Assembly (NCBI GenBank): GCA_963751665.1
Contig: CAVVVF010000005.1
Span: 23,924-87,923, forward strand
Direction: 5' to 3'
Length of the DNA stretch: 64,000 nt
Origin: an uncultured Actinomycetes bacterium
GTDB taxonomy: Bacteria > Actinomycetota > UBA4738 > HRBIN12
A program made the position numbers and the translations under genes. Shown here piece by piece: positions 56,382-64,000 of the stretch; within the stretch, counting starts at the first letter, position 1, and the number at the start of each line of letters is the position of its first letter. A model generated the notes under the pieces. The model did not search any database. It was not told where the DNA came from and was given only the letters and a program-made list of their open reading frames with translations.

Positions 56382-56883
56382 ATGCAGGTTCACGTCGCTC
56401 GCGAGGAAGACTGGGAGGCCATCCGCGACGTGCGGCTCCGGGCGCTGCTCGATGCGCCCGATGCGTTCGGCTCCACCTACGAGGCGGAACGAGGTAAGGC
56501 CGAGCCGGAGTGGCGGTCGTGGGTGACCGGCTGGAGCGGCGCCGAGCAACTGACGGTGCTGGCCATGGAAGGGGACGCGGGGTTGGGGCTGGCGGTCGGG
56601 GTCCGCTGGGAACGTGGTGGCGCTGTGGCGCACCTCTACGCGATGTGGGTCGATCCCACGCAGCGTCGCCGGGGCAACGGTACAGCCCTTGTTGAGGAGG
56701 TCGCACGGTGGGCCGGTCGGATCGGGGCCACGCTACTGGAGCTTCGGGTCACCCAATCCAACGCGGACGCGGTGCGTCTGTATGAGCGGAGCGGGTTCGT
56801 CCCAGCCGGCGAGACGATCTCCCCTTCGCGAGGGCTCGGATGTAGTGACGGTGACCATGCGGCGCCAGGTCGGTCTCCTTTAG
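56382..56883 (+). CDS. GNAT N-acetyltransferase, frameshifted near 56815
   Basis: RLRALLDAPDAF, MWVDP..RRRGNG, N..AVRLYERSGF. Confidence 0.85.
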
Positions 56884-57243
56884 CTATCCGCAGGCGACGC
56901 GAGCTCCTGCCCAGTCGGCGTGGTCGTTGCCGATGCCGTCGCCTGCACCGGTCACGATGAGCTCGAGCGTCCTGACGCCCGTGAGGTTCGCGTAGGCGGC
57001 CGCGGCGTACCCGGCCCCCTCGAGGGCCGCTCGGCGATCGGTGTGGGCCTCGACAACATAGCCGGCTCCCGTACGCCGGACGATGGATTCGGCCGCGCGG
57101 GTTGAGTACGAGAGTCGCTGTTCGTCGATGTCGTGGAGGGCGATCGTGAAGCCCCCGTGCAGCTCCTCGTAGGAGCACAGGTCGGCCACGACGTTCCGCG
57201 TGAACTCGACGCTGCCCGCTCCCACGATGACGACCCGAGCCAC
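56884..57243 (-). pseudogene. Chimeric remnant: GH4 (MelA-like) N-terminus fused to an NPCBM/NEW2 C-terminus
   Basis: IVGAGSVEF..LHDID..TDRRAALEGA, then abruptly NLTGVRTLELIVTGAGDGIGNDHADWAGARVAC. Confidence 0.75.
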
Positions 57244-57335
57244 GGGCGGAGTGTACCTGCGGGCGGAATGGCGGTTCGCGCGAGGACCGGCCTTTCGCAT
57301 ACGATTGCCCGAGACATCAGCACGAGGGGGTTCCC

Positions 57336-57569
57336 GTGGTCAGCGCCTACATCCTGATCCAGACGGAGGTCGGTAAGGCCAGCAACGTCACCAGGGAGAT
57401 CGGAAAGATCAAGGGCATCTCGGCCGTCGACGGGGTGACCGGCCCGTACGACGTGATCGCCCGGGGAGAGGCCGACGACCTGGACGAGCTGGCCAAGGCC
57501 ATCGTGATGCCGATCCAGGCGGTCGAGGGCGTCACGCGCACCTTGACCTGTCCGGTGCTCCAGCTCTAG
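57336..57569 (+). CDS. Stand-alone Lrp/AsnC ligand-binding domain protein
   Basis: AYILIQTEVG, VTGPYDVI, GVTRTLTC. Confidence 0.92.
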   Translation: MVSAYILIQTEVGKASNVTREIGKIKGISAVDGVTGPYDVIARGEADDLDELAKAIVMPIQAVEGVTRTLTCPVLQL

Positions 57570-57588
57570 GCGTGGTCCAGCTCTAGGC
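57555..57588 (+). repeat. 17-bp tandem duplication of the gene 3' end (GTGSTCCAGCTCTAGGC x2)
   Basis: Read directly, one mismatch. Confidence 0.75.
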
Positions 57589-57667
57589 TTGCGACCAGCC
57601 ACTTCAGGGTCCCGGCCCCGGTGCCGATGGACCCGGTGAGGCCGGATCGACCCCCGGCCGCGGGATC

Positions 57668-58124
57668 ATGCGGGCTCGGAACGACCTCGGCGCTACCAGC
57701 TTCTGGCTCCTCTTGATCGTGGCCCTGGTGGCGGGCGCCCTGGTTGTCATCCCGTTCGCGTTGGCCGGGCATCAGGAAGCCAGCCACGACCAGGACGCCA
57801 TCGCACAGATCGACCGAGCTAGGGACGTCAGCGCGCAGGCCACGCTGCAGACGGCCGTCGGGGGGCGCGAGCGCCTATTTCGCCGAGAACGCCACGTTCG
57901 CGGGGTTCGACCCCCAGGCGGCCGTGCTGTTCGACCCATCCGTCAGGTACACGACCGGCGCGGCGGCTCCGGACCTGGTCAGTATTCGCGGCGTTACCCC
58001 GACCAGCGTCGTCCTGGTGACCTCCACCGGCTCCGGGTACCTGTGCGCCGCGGTGAGCGGCGGCGTGGTCAGCTACGGCCGTGCGGACGCGGCCACCGCT
58101 GCCGCCTGCACCGGCGGCTGGTAG
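57668..58124 (+). CDS. Type IV pilin-like protein, frameshifted in a G run near 57860
   Basis: RNDLG^ATSF prepilin-like site, TM helix, ARDVSAQATLQTA, C-terminal Cys pair. Confidence 0.6.
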
Positions 58125-58189
58125 CGTTCACTCGTCCACGGTCACATCTTCCTTAGGTCGTGGCATCGTTTCCTCGAGAGGGGTTCGCC

Positions 58190-58891
58190 ATGATCGAGGT
58201 TCGTCGTGACCCCGAGATCTACGAGAAGGCCGGTGACTGGTTCCACGCCCGGTGGCACTTCTCGTTCGACGAGTACTACGACCCGGCCAACATGGGTTTC
58301 GGGACCCTCCGCGTGTTCAACGACGACCGCCTGATCCCCGGCGCCGTCTGGCCGCTCCACCCCCATCGCGACATCGAGGGGTTGACCTACGTGGTCGAAG
58401 GGACGTTCCGGCACCAGGACGACGTGGGCGGGCCTCCGGGGATGCTTCCCGCCGGATCGGTGCAACGGATGACCCTGGGATCGGGCGCGTGGCACTCGGA
58501 GCAGAACGGTTCCGAGACCGAGCCGCTCCGGTTCATCCAGCTGTGGATCATGCCCGCCGAACGCGGGCTTCCCCCCGGCGTGGAGCAGAAGGTCTTCACC
58601 ACGGAGGATCGGACGAACCGGCTGTTCAAGGTGATCTCGGGTGATGACGGTGACGCGGTCCTGGTACATCAGGACGCGGCGGTGTACGTCTCGCACCTGG
58701 AGCCCGGAGCGAAGGTTGAGCACACGTTCGCCCCCGGGCACGGGGGATACCTCTACGTGATCGAGGGATCGCTTCGGCTGAACGACGAGAAGCTCGGCAC
58801 CGGTGATGCGGCCAAGATCGCCGACGAGCCCAAGATCACGCTCGAGGCCGACGCGCCCACGGAGCTGATGCTGGTCGACGTGCGCGTCTGA
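58190..58891 (+). CDS. Pirin-family protein (YhhW-like)
   Basis: HFSF..YYDP, LRVFNDD, HPHRDIE, HSEQN, IQLWI. Confidence 0.93.
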   Translation: MIEVRRDPEIYEKAGDWFHARWHFSFDEYYDPANMGFGTLRVFNDDRLIPGAVWPLHPHRDIEGLTYVVEGTFRHQDDVGGPPGMLPAGSVQRMTLGSGAWHSEQNGSETEPLRFIQLWIMPAERGLPPGVEQKVFTTEDRTNRLFKVISGDDGDAVLVHQDAAVYVSHLEPGAKVEHTFAPGHGGYLYVIEGSLRLNDEKLGTGDAAKIADEPKITLEADAPTELMLVDVRV

Positions 58892-58900
58892 GCGCCGGCG

Positions 58901-59425
58901 TCAGAGTGGGGTGATGTCCACCAGCGTCGAGGTGTCGACGTCGAAGGTGACCGGCGGGTAGAAGGCGGGCTTCGACTCGAGCGTCAGCGTCCACCCGGCG
59001 CCGGTCACCCCTTCGGCGTGACGGAACTCCGAGACAGCCTGGAGTACCGCCTTCACCCGGAAGATCCTGCGGATCTCGTCGTTCTTGTAGTGCAACCGGT
59101 AGCGGCCACCCACCACCAGGCCCTCGATCACCGGACGCTGCGCGTCGTAACGTCGGATCAGCTCGGCGAACGCGCGGACCAATCCTTTTCGGCGCACGCC
59201 GCCCGCCCGCTCCGCGGCCGCCAGGTTGAACCACGACACGCGGCGACCGTCCCGAACGAGCCATGCCATCTCGCCCTGATCGGAGACCACCTCCAGGTGT
59301 CCGGCCGCCTCCTCCAGGCCCGCGGTGATGTCGGCGGCCAGGCGGGCCGCGGCATCGGGTCCCGGGCCCGCTCCGCTCGGACGCGCCAGGTCCTCGAAGT
59401 CGTCACCCGTCCAGCCCTCGCGCAT
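58901..59425 (-). CDS. Hypothetical protein (174 aa)
   Basis: GGAGGG SD and globular composition. No family recognised. Confidence 0.6.
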   Translation of the reverse strand: MREGWTGDDFEDLARPSGAGPGPDAAARLAADITAGLEEAAGHLEVVSDQGEMAWLVRDGRRVSWFNLAAAERAGGVRRKGLVRAFAELIRRYDAQRPVIEGLVVGGRYRLHYKNDEIRRIFRVKAVLQAVSEFRHAEGVTGAGWTLTLESKPAFYPPVTFDVDTSTLVDITPL

Positions 59426-59527
59426 CCCGCCCTCCGGTCGCAGGTCCCGGCGTGCCCGGGTTCTCATCGGCGTCGCATCAGTATCGTTCGTCCTCGTCCG
59501 GGACGGAGGGCGTCGTAGGCTTGGCCC

Positions 59528-60295
59528 GTGGCCGCCCCCACCCGTCCCTCGCAGCGCCCCCGGCCGCACCCGCCGCTCCCGGGAGGGGTCTCGAAGGGAA
59601 CCCTGGTCGAGGAGTGCCTCGTCGTCCTGTCCCTCTCGCTCCTGGCGAGTGCGGTCTACGCGGTCATCAGCCTGACGTCCGCGCCCGTGAAGGGCGCGAC
59701 GGTCTTCGTCGTTCCCCAGGTCGGCCTGGCCACCCAGCTCGCGAACTTCGCGTTCGGCCTGGCTCCCGTGTGGCTCGTCGCGTACCTGGTGCGCCGGAAC
59801 GGCGAAGGTGTGGGCGCGATCGGCCTGGCGTGGGACCGGCCCCGCCGGGATCTCGCCTCGGGCCTGGTGCTCTTCGTCATCGTCGGTGCGGCCGGGATCG
59901 GGATCTACCTGGCGTCCGTGGCCCTGGGCGTGAACCGGTTCGTCGTGCCGGTGCCGCCACTCGGCCACTGGTGGACGGTCCCCGTGCTGTTCCTGAACGC
60001 GGCCCAGGCGGCGCTGGTCGAGGAGGTGATCGTCGTTGGCTACCTGATCACCCGGCTCCAGCAGCTCCGGGTTTCCGAACCGGCGGCGGTCGGCGCATCG
60101 GCGCTCCTTCGAGGGGCCTATCACCTGTATCAGGGATGGGGCGGGTTCGGCGGCAACCTCGCGCTCGGGCTCTTCTTCGGGTTGTTCTTCACCCGCACCA
60201 GGCGGACGTGGCCGCTCGTCGTGGCCCACTTCCTGCTCGATGTCGGTGCCGGGCTCGGCTACATCCTGTTCCGCACCCATCTCCCGGGGTCGTAG
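59528..60295 (+). CDS. CPBP/Abi-family intramembrane glutamic endopeptidase
   Basis: EEVIVVGYL, YHLYQG, VVAHF. Confidence 0.9.
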   Translation: MAAPTRPSQRPRPHPPLPGGVSKGTLVEECLVVLSLSLLASAVYAVISLTSAPVKGATVFVVPQVGLATQLANFAFGLAPVWLVAYLVRRNGEGVGAIGLAWDRPRRDLASGLVLFVIVGAAGIGIYLASVALGVNRFVVPVPPLGHWWTVPVLFLNAAQAALVEEVIVVGYLITRLQQLRVSEPAAVGASALLRGAYHLYQGWGGFGGNLALGLFFGLFFTRTRRTWPLVVAHFLLDVGAGLGYILFRTHLPGS

Positions 60296-60297
60296 CG

Positions 60298-60915
60298 ATG
60301 GCGCTCGCCACGGGGCTCGACCTCAGCCGCCCACTTGCGGCGACCGCCGAGCGCGGGTACGCGCACGTGTCGCGGGCGGTCGACGCCGCCTTCGTCCGCG
60401 CGCTGTGGAGGGAGCTCGAGAAGGGCCCGTTCAAGCGATTCGAGGGATCCTTCGGGCTGGTCCGTCAGGAGATCGAGGGCTACGACGTCCCCGACCCGAT
60501 GGAGGGGTTCCCGCTCGTGGCCGAGCTCCGCGACGAGCTGGCCGGCGTGCTTCGGCGACAGGGGCGAGGGATCCGCGGCCTGGCCACGTGGTGGCCGAAT
60601 GAGGCAGGCGTGGCCCGGTACCGACCGGGGTCCATCGGCATCACCCCCCACCTGGACGGCAAGTGGTATCGGCGGCTGGTGGCCGTGGTCACCGTGCACG
60701 GCACCGCGCCGTTCAGCGTGTGCCGCGACCGGGCCGGTGAGGTCCTCGAGCGGTGGGACGCCGGGCCGGGCAGCCTGACCCTGATGCGCGCCCCCGGGCT
60801 CGCCGGGTCCAGGGACGGCCGGCCGTTCCACACCGTGCAGGGGCCCCGGCGCGGAACGCGATGCTCCATCGGGTACCGGATGAACACGCGCCCGGCCGGT
60901 GCGACGCAGTCCTAG
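60298..60915 (+). CDS. 2-oxoglutarate/Fe(II) dioxygenase (AlkB-like fold)
   Basis: NE..RY, HLD, PFH, RCSIGYR. Confidence 0.82.
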   Translation: MALATGLDLSRPLAATAERGYAHVSRAVDAAFVRALWRELEKGPFKRFEGSFGLVRQEIEGYDVPDPMEGFPLVAELRDELAGVLRRQGRGIRGLATWWPNEAGVARYRPGSIGITPHLDGKWYRRLVAVVTVHGTAPFSVCRDRAGEVLERWDAGPGSLTLMRAPGLAGSRDGRPFHTVQGPRRGTRCSIGYRMNTRPAGATQS

Positions 60916-60965
60916 CCGAACGGGTGGAAGGTGATGGCGGTGGTCCCGTCTCGCCCCGGGCTGGC

Positions 60966-62958
60966 CTACTGGAGCCGGCGGGGGATCCGCCGTTCCCACC
61001 GCCTGGACCATCGCTGCGTCCCGTTCTCCGAGACGTCGAGCTCGATCGTCAGGTGGTAGGCCGCGGCATCGCTTCGAACCACCTGCCGGACCTCCGAGTT
61101 GACGATTGCCTCCGGCCACTCGATGGTCAGGGATGAACGCGACTCGGCGGTCGCGACCGCCGGGTCCTGCGTCGAGACGGCCACGGTCCCTCCGTAGAGC
61201 TCGTGGAACCGGGGTCGCTCGCCCTCCGCCTCGGTCGTGCCGGAGCTCTCGGCGACCGCCCGGGTCTGGCGGTCCAGGACGCCGTGCTCGATCCGCCACA
61301 CGACGGTGTCCACCGCGTTGCCCTTGGCCGACTCGTAGCGCTCCTGCCGCTTGGTGGGCTCCTGGAGGACGGGCCGCTCGCCGATCGGCGAGGGCCCATC
61401 GACCACGGGCAGGATCAGCGCCGAGCCACCGCGTTCGAAGGTGAGCGTGGCCGCCGCGGGCGGCGGCCACGCGTTCGGCCAGTCCGACCCGGCCAGGTCG
61501 AGGCGGATCCGGTGGCCCGGCTCGAAGGCCCACGAGGTCACCTCGAGCTCCACCGCGACCCGATACGGCGTTCCGGGTTCGAGCGGCGAGGGACGCTCGC
61601 GCGACTCCCGGTGCGCCAGGTTCAGCAGCCCCCGGGTCACCAGGGCGGAGGTCCCGTCGGGGAACACGTCGCACAGCTTCGCCGAGAGGTACGCCACGGG
61701 CGCCGACGACGTGACCGTCACGTCCACGCGGGGGTGACCGAGGATCTCGAGCTCCTCCGCAAGCGGCGGCCACTCGTACACGAGGGACCATGCCTCGTCG
61801 GGTCGCTGGTCCTGGGGCTGTCCGTACGGCAGGTGCCCGGCGCAGGATATCCAGGCAGTCCATCCCACGTCGCCTCGGACCTCGAGCTGGTCGGGGTCTG
61901 AGGCCGGACGCCCCACCGCGACCGCGTTCCCGAAGGGCAGCGGCAGCTCGCTGCCTCGATCGAGCGGCCACCCCGCCTCGTATCGCCACTCCCCAGGGAC
62001 CTCCACGAGGTCGGGCTGGGGCTTCGTGGAGCGGCGGGCGAAGACCAGGATCGGCGGCTCTCGATCGACCCCGTTGTCCACGCCCTTCAGCCACCGGTCC
62101 CACCACCGCACCATCTCCGGCAGCAGGTCCACGTTCGGGCCGGGGAGTGACGTCTCGGTCGACGCGTGGGCCCACGGACCCAAGATCAACCGCTTGGGGC
62201 ACGCAAGCGCGGCCACGGTCCGAAGCGAGTTGTTCGTGTATCCGTCCGCCCAGCCGGCGATGATCATCGTCGGCCGCCTCGATCTCCCCATAGCTCAGGC
62301 CGGAGCGAGCCGTGCTGCCAGTAGGGCCCGAACGTCTGCTCGCTCCAGCCAGCGGATGAGCCACGGCTCGTGTCTCGCTGCACCCGCTTCTCCCACACCT
62401 CACGCCACCCGTCGCCGTACAAGGAGGGAACGGGGGGCAGCGCGTTCATCGGCGGTCATGTAGGGCGGGTAGTCGACGAGGTCGAGGGCTTTCAGCGCGC
62501 CGCCGAAGTAGTGGACGTCGTCGGCATACCGGTCGTCGGTGGCGTAGATGGGGATGATGGCCTTGAGCGCGGGCGGCCGGGTCATGGCCACCTGGATCGA
62601 GTTGAACCCGCGAGTACGAGGTCCCGTACATCCCGACGTTGCCGGTGCACCAGTCCTGCGACGCGAGCCAGGCGATCACCTCGTTCATGTCGCGCTGCTC
62701 GATCTCCGGGTACTCGTCCTCGGCCACGCCCTCCGAGGTCCCGGTGCCGCGCACGTCCACCCGGCACGCGACGTAGCCCGCCTCGCGAGCAGCCGCAGGT
62801 ACTCGGTCCGATACGACGACGTGAGGTCGTCCTTTCGATAGGGCAGGGCCTCAAGGATCGCCGGCCACGGGCCCTTCGCCGTCGGGTACGTAGAGCGTTG
62901 CAGCCAGCCGAACGCCGTCGGCCATCGTGATGAACGTGTGCCTCGACGTCGTCGGCAT
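60966..62958 (-). CDS. CocE/NonD-family serine hydrolase, multiple frameshifts
   Basis: MADGVRLAATLY, LEALPYRKDD, DVRGTGTSEG, GMYGTSY, GWADGY, GPWAH, C-terminal PepX_C-like domain. Confidence 0.87.
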
Positions 62959-63016
62959 CGGCGCGAATCCTAGCCCGGCCTCGTCGCCGGCCTCCGAGCG
63001 ATCCGTTGACCGGTGG

Positions 63017-64000
63017 TCACCTCACGTCCAGCTCGGGGAACCAGGCCCGGAGCGAGAAGGCGTACCCGGACAGCGGGCTGCCGGTGAGGACGGGCCAGAA
63101 CCACAGGAACAGGCCTACGGAGACCACGACGAACCCGACGGCGAGCGGCAGCCAGGGGCGCGACCTGGAGCCGGCGATGTGGGCTTCCGACAGGTGCCGC
63201 AGCGCGTAGATGCAGGCGAGGACGAAGAACGGCACGATCGGCGTGGCGTAGAAGAAGAACTGCGGCCGCGTCACCAGGAACCATGGGAGGTACAGCGCCG
63301 CGATGGTGATGACGACGAAGCCGGCGACCCAGTCTCGGTTGAGCCACCACTTGTAGGCCACGTACGGGATCGCCACCAGGCTGCCCCAGAAGATCGCGGG
63401 GTTCCCGTTCGCATAGATCACCCGCCGCACGTCGTCGCCGTACCGGGCGTAGTACAGGACGGGCCGCCACAGCAAGATCCATTTCCAGGCCTGTGCCAGG
63501 TAGGGGTGGATGGGCTTGTGGGTCTCTGGGTCGATCGCCTGCAGGTGCTCGTGGTAGCTGGCCATGGCCCCCTGGAGCCGGAGCCAATCCCCAAGGTGGA
63601 ACCCGAAGTGAAGGAACCACCCCAGGTACGACGCCACGTAGACGGCCGCCGGCACTGCCAGGAAGAACAGGACGATGGGGAACGACTCCCACTGGATCGC
63701 CTGCCACACGGGACGGCTCACGCCGGCCCGCTTGCGCCGCATCACTTCCCACATGACCGACAACGCGACGGCTCCGATGATCCCCGTAACCCCCGACCAC
63801 TTCGTGGCGATCGCCGCGCCGAACGCGATGCCCGAGGCGATCCGCCAAGGCCGGAGCAGCGGGGTGGGGACGCGAACGGCGGACGCGGGCGGCGCCTCGA
63901 GCAGGTCCGCGCGCGCCGGGACCAACGCGCCCTCGCCAACCATCGGCGGCGCTGGGGTGCGCCGCTCGATCCACCTCCGGTCCAGGAGGAGGAACAGGAA
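63017..64000 (-). CDS. Protein O-mannosyltransferase (PMT, GT39), 5' part outside window
   Basis: ATKWSG, HPY..W.W.LL.RPVLYY, GNPAIFWG, R..FFFY, FWPVLTG. Confidence 0.85.
   Translation of the reverse strand, partial: FLFLLLDRRWIERRTPAPPMVGEGALVPARADLLEAPPASAVRVPTPLLRPWRIASGIAFGAAIATKWSGVTGIIGAVALSVMWEVMRRKRAGVSRPVWQAIQWESFPIVLFFLAVPAAVYVASYLGWFLHFGFHLGDWLRLQGAMASYHEHLQAIDPETHKPIHPYLAQAWKWILLWRPVLYYARYGDDVRRVIYANGNPAIFWGSLVAIPYVAYKWWLNRDWVAGFVVITIAALYLPWFLVTRPQFFFYATPIVPFFVLACIYALRHLSEAHIAGSRSRPWLPLAVGFVVVSVGLFLWFWPVLTGSPLSGYAFSLRAWFPELDVR

Overview
A very GC-rich (roughly 70% by eye) bacterial chromosome segment. It is most likely from an Actinomycetota lineage, inferred from the SAF/CpaB-mtnP-FmdB-galU-moeA-moaC-sepX/glpR-like-tRNA-Ala(CGC) synteny, an MptA/B-like mannosyltransferase and a protein O-mannosyltransferase. 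It holds about 65 genes. These include pilT coupled to a degenerate-cyclase/STAND/TPR protein, tldD/pmbA, uppP, a translin/TRAX-family nuclease beside tRNA-Ala, and a cluster of microproteins after the tRNA. A c-di-GMP-I riboswitch precedes a CAP protein. A form I aerobic CO dehydrogenase operon (coxMSL, AYRCSFR) sits back-to-back with a form II-type operon (SLM, AYRGAGR) plus accessory genes, followed by kynA, glcDEF, sugar kinases and a CocE hydrolase. At least 15 genes carry 1-nt frameshifts, many in short G/C runs, which most likely reflects long-read indel errors. I saw no CRISPR array, integrase, transposase or rRNA. Best leads: (1) tandem NrdR-like boxes 31 bp apart overlapping the promoter of a SepX/GlpR-like division gene; (2) a translationally coupled Pro/Glu-rich 42-aa peptide plus a CxCG(F)Y enzyme-like protein; (3) the bacterial translin/TRAX homolog next to a tRNA; (4) three genes that appear to need ACG or CTG start codons. 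All family assignments come from motif recognition, without database searches.
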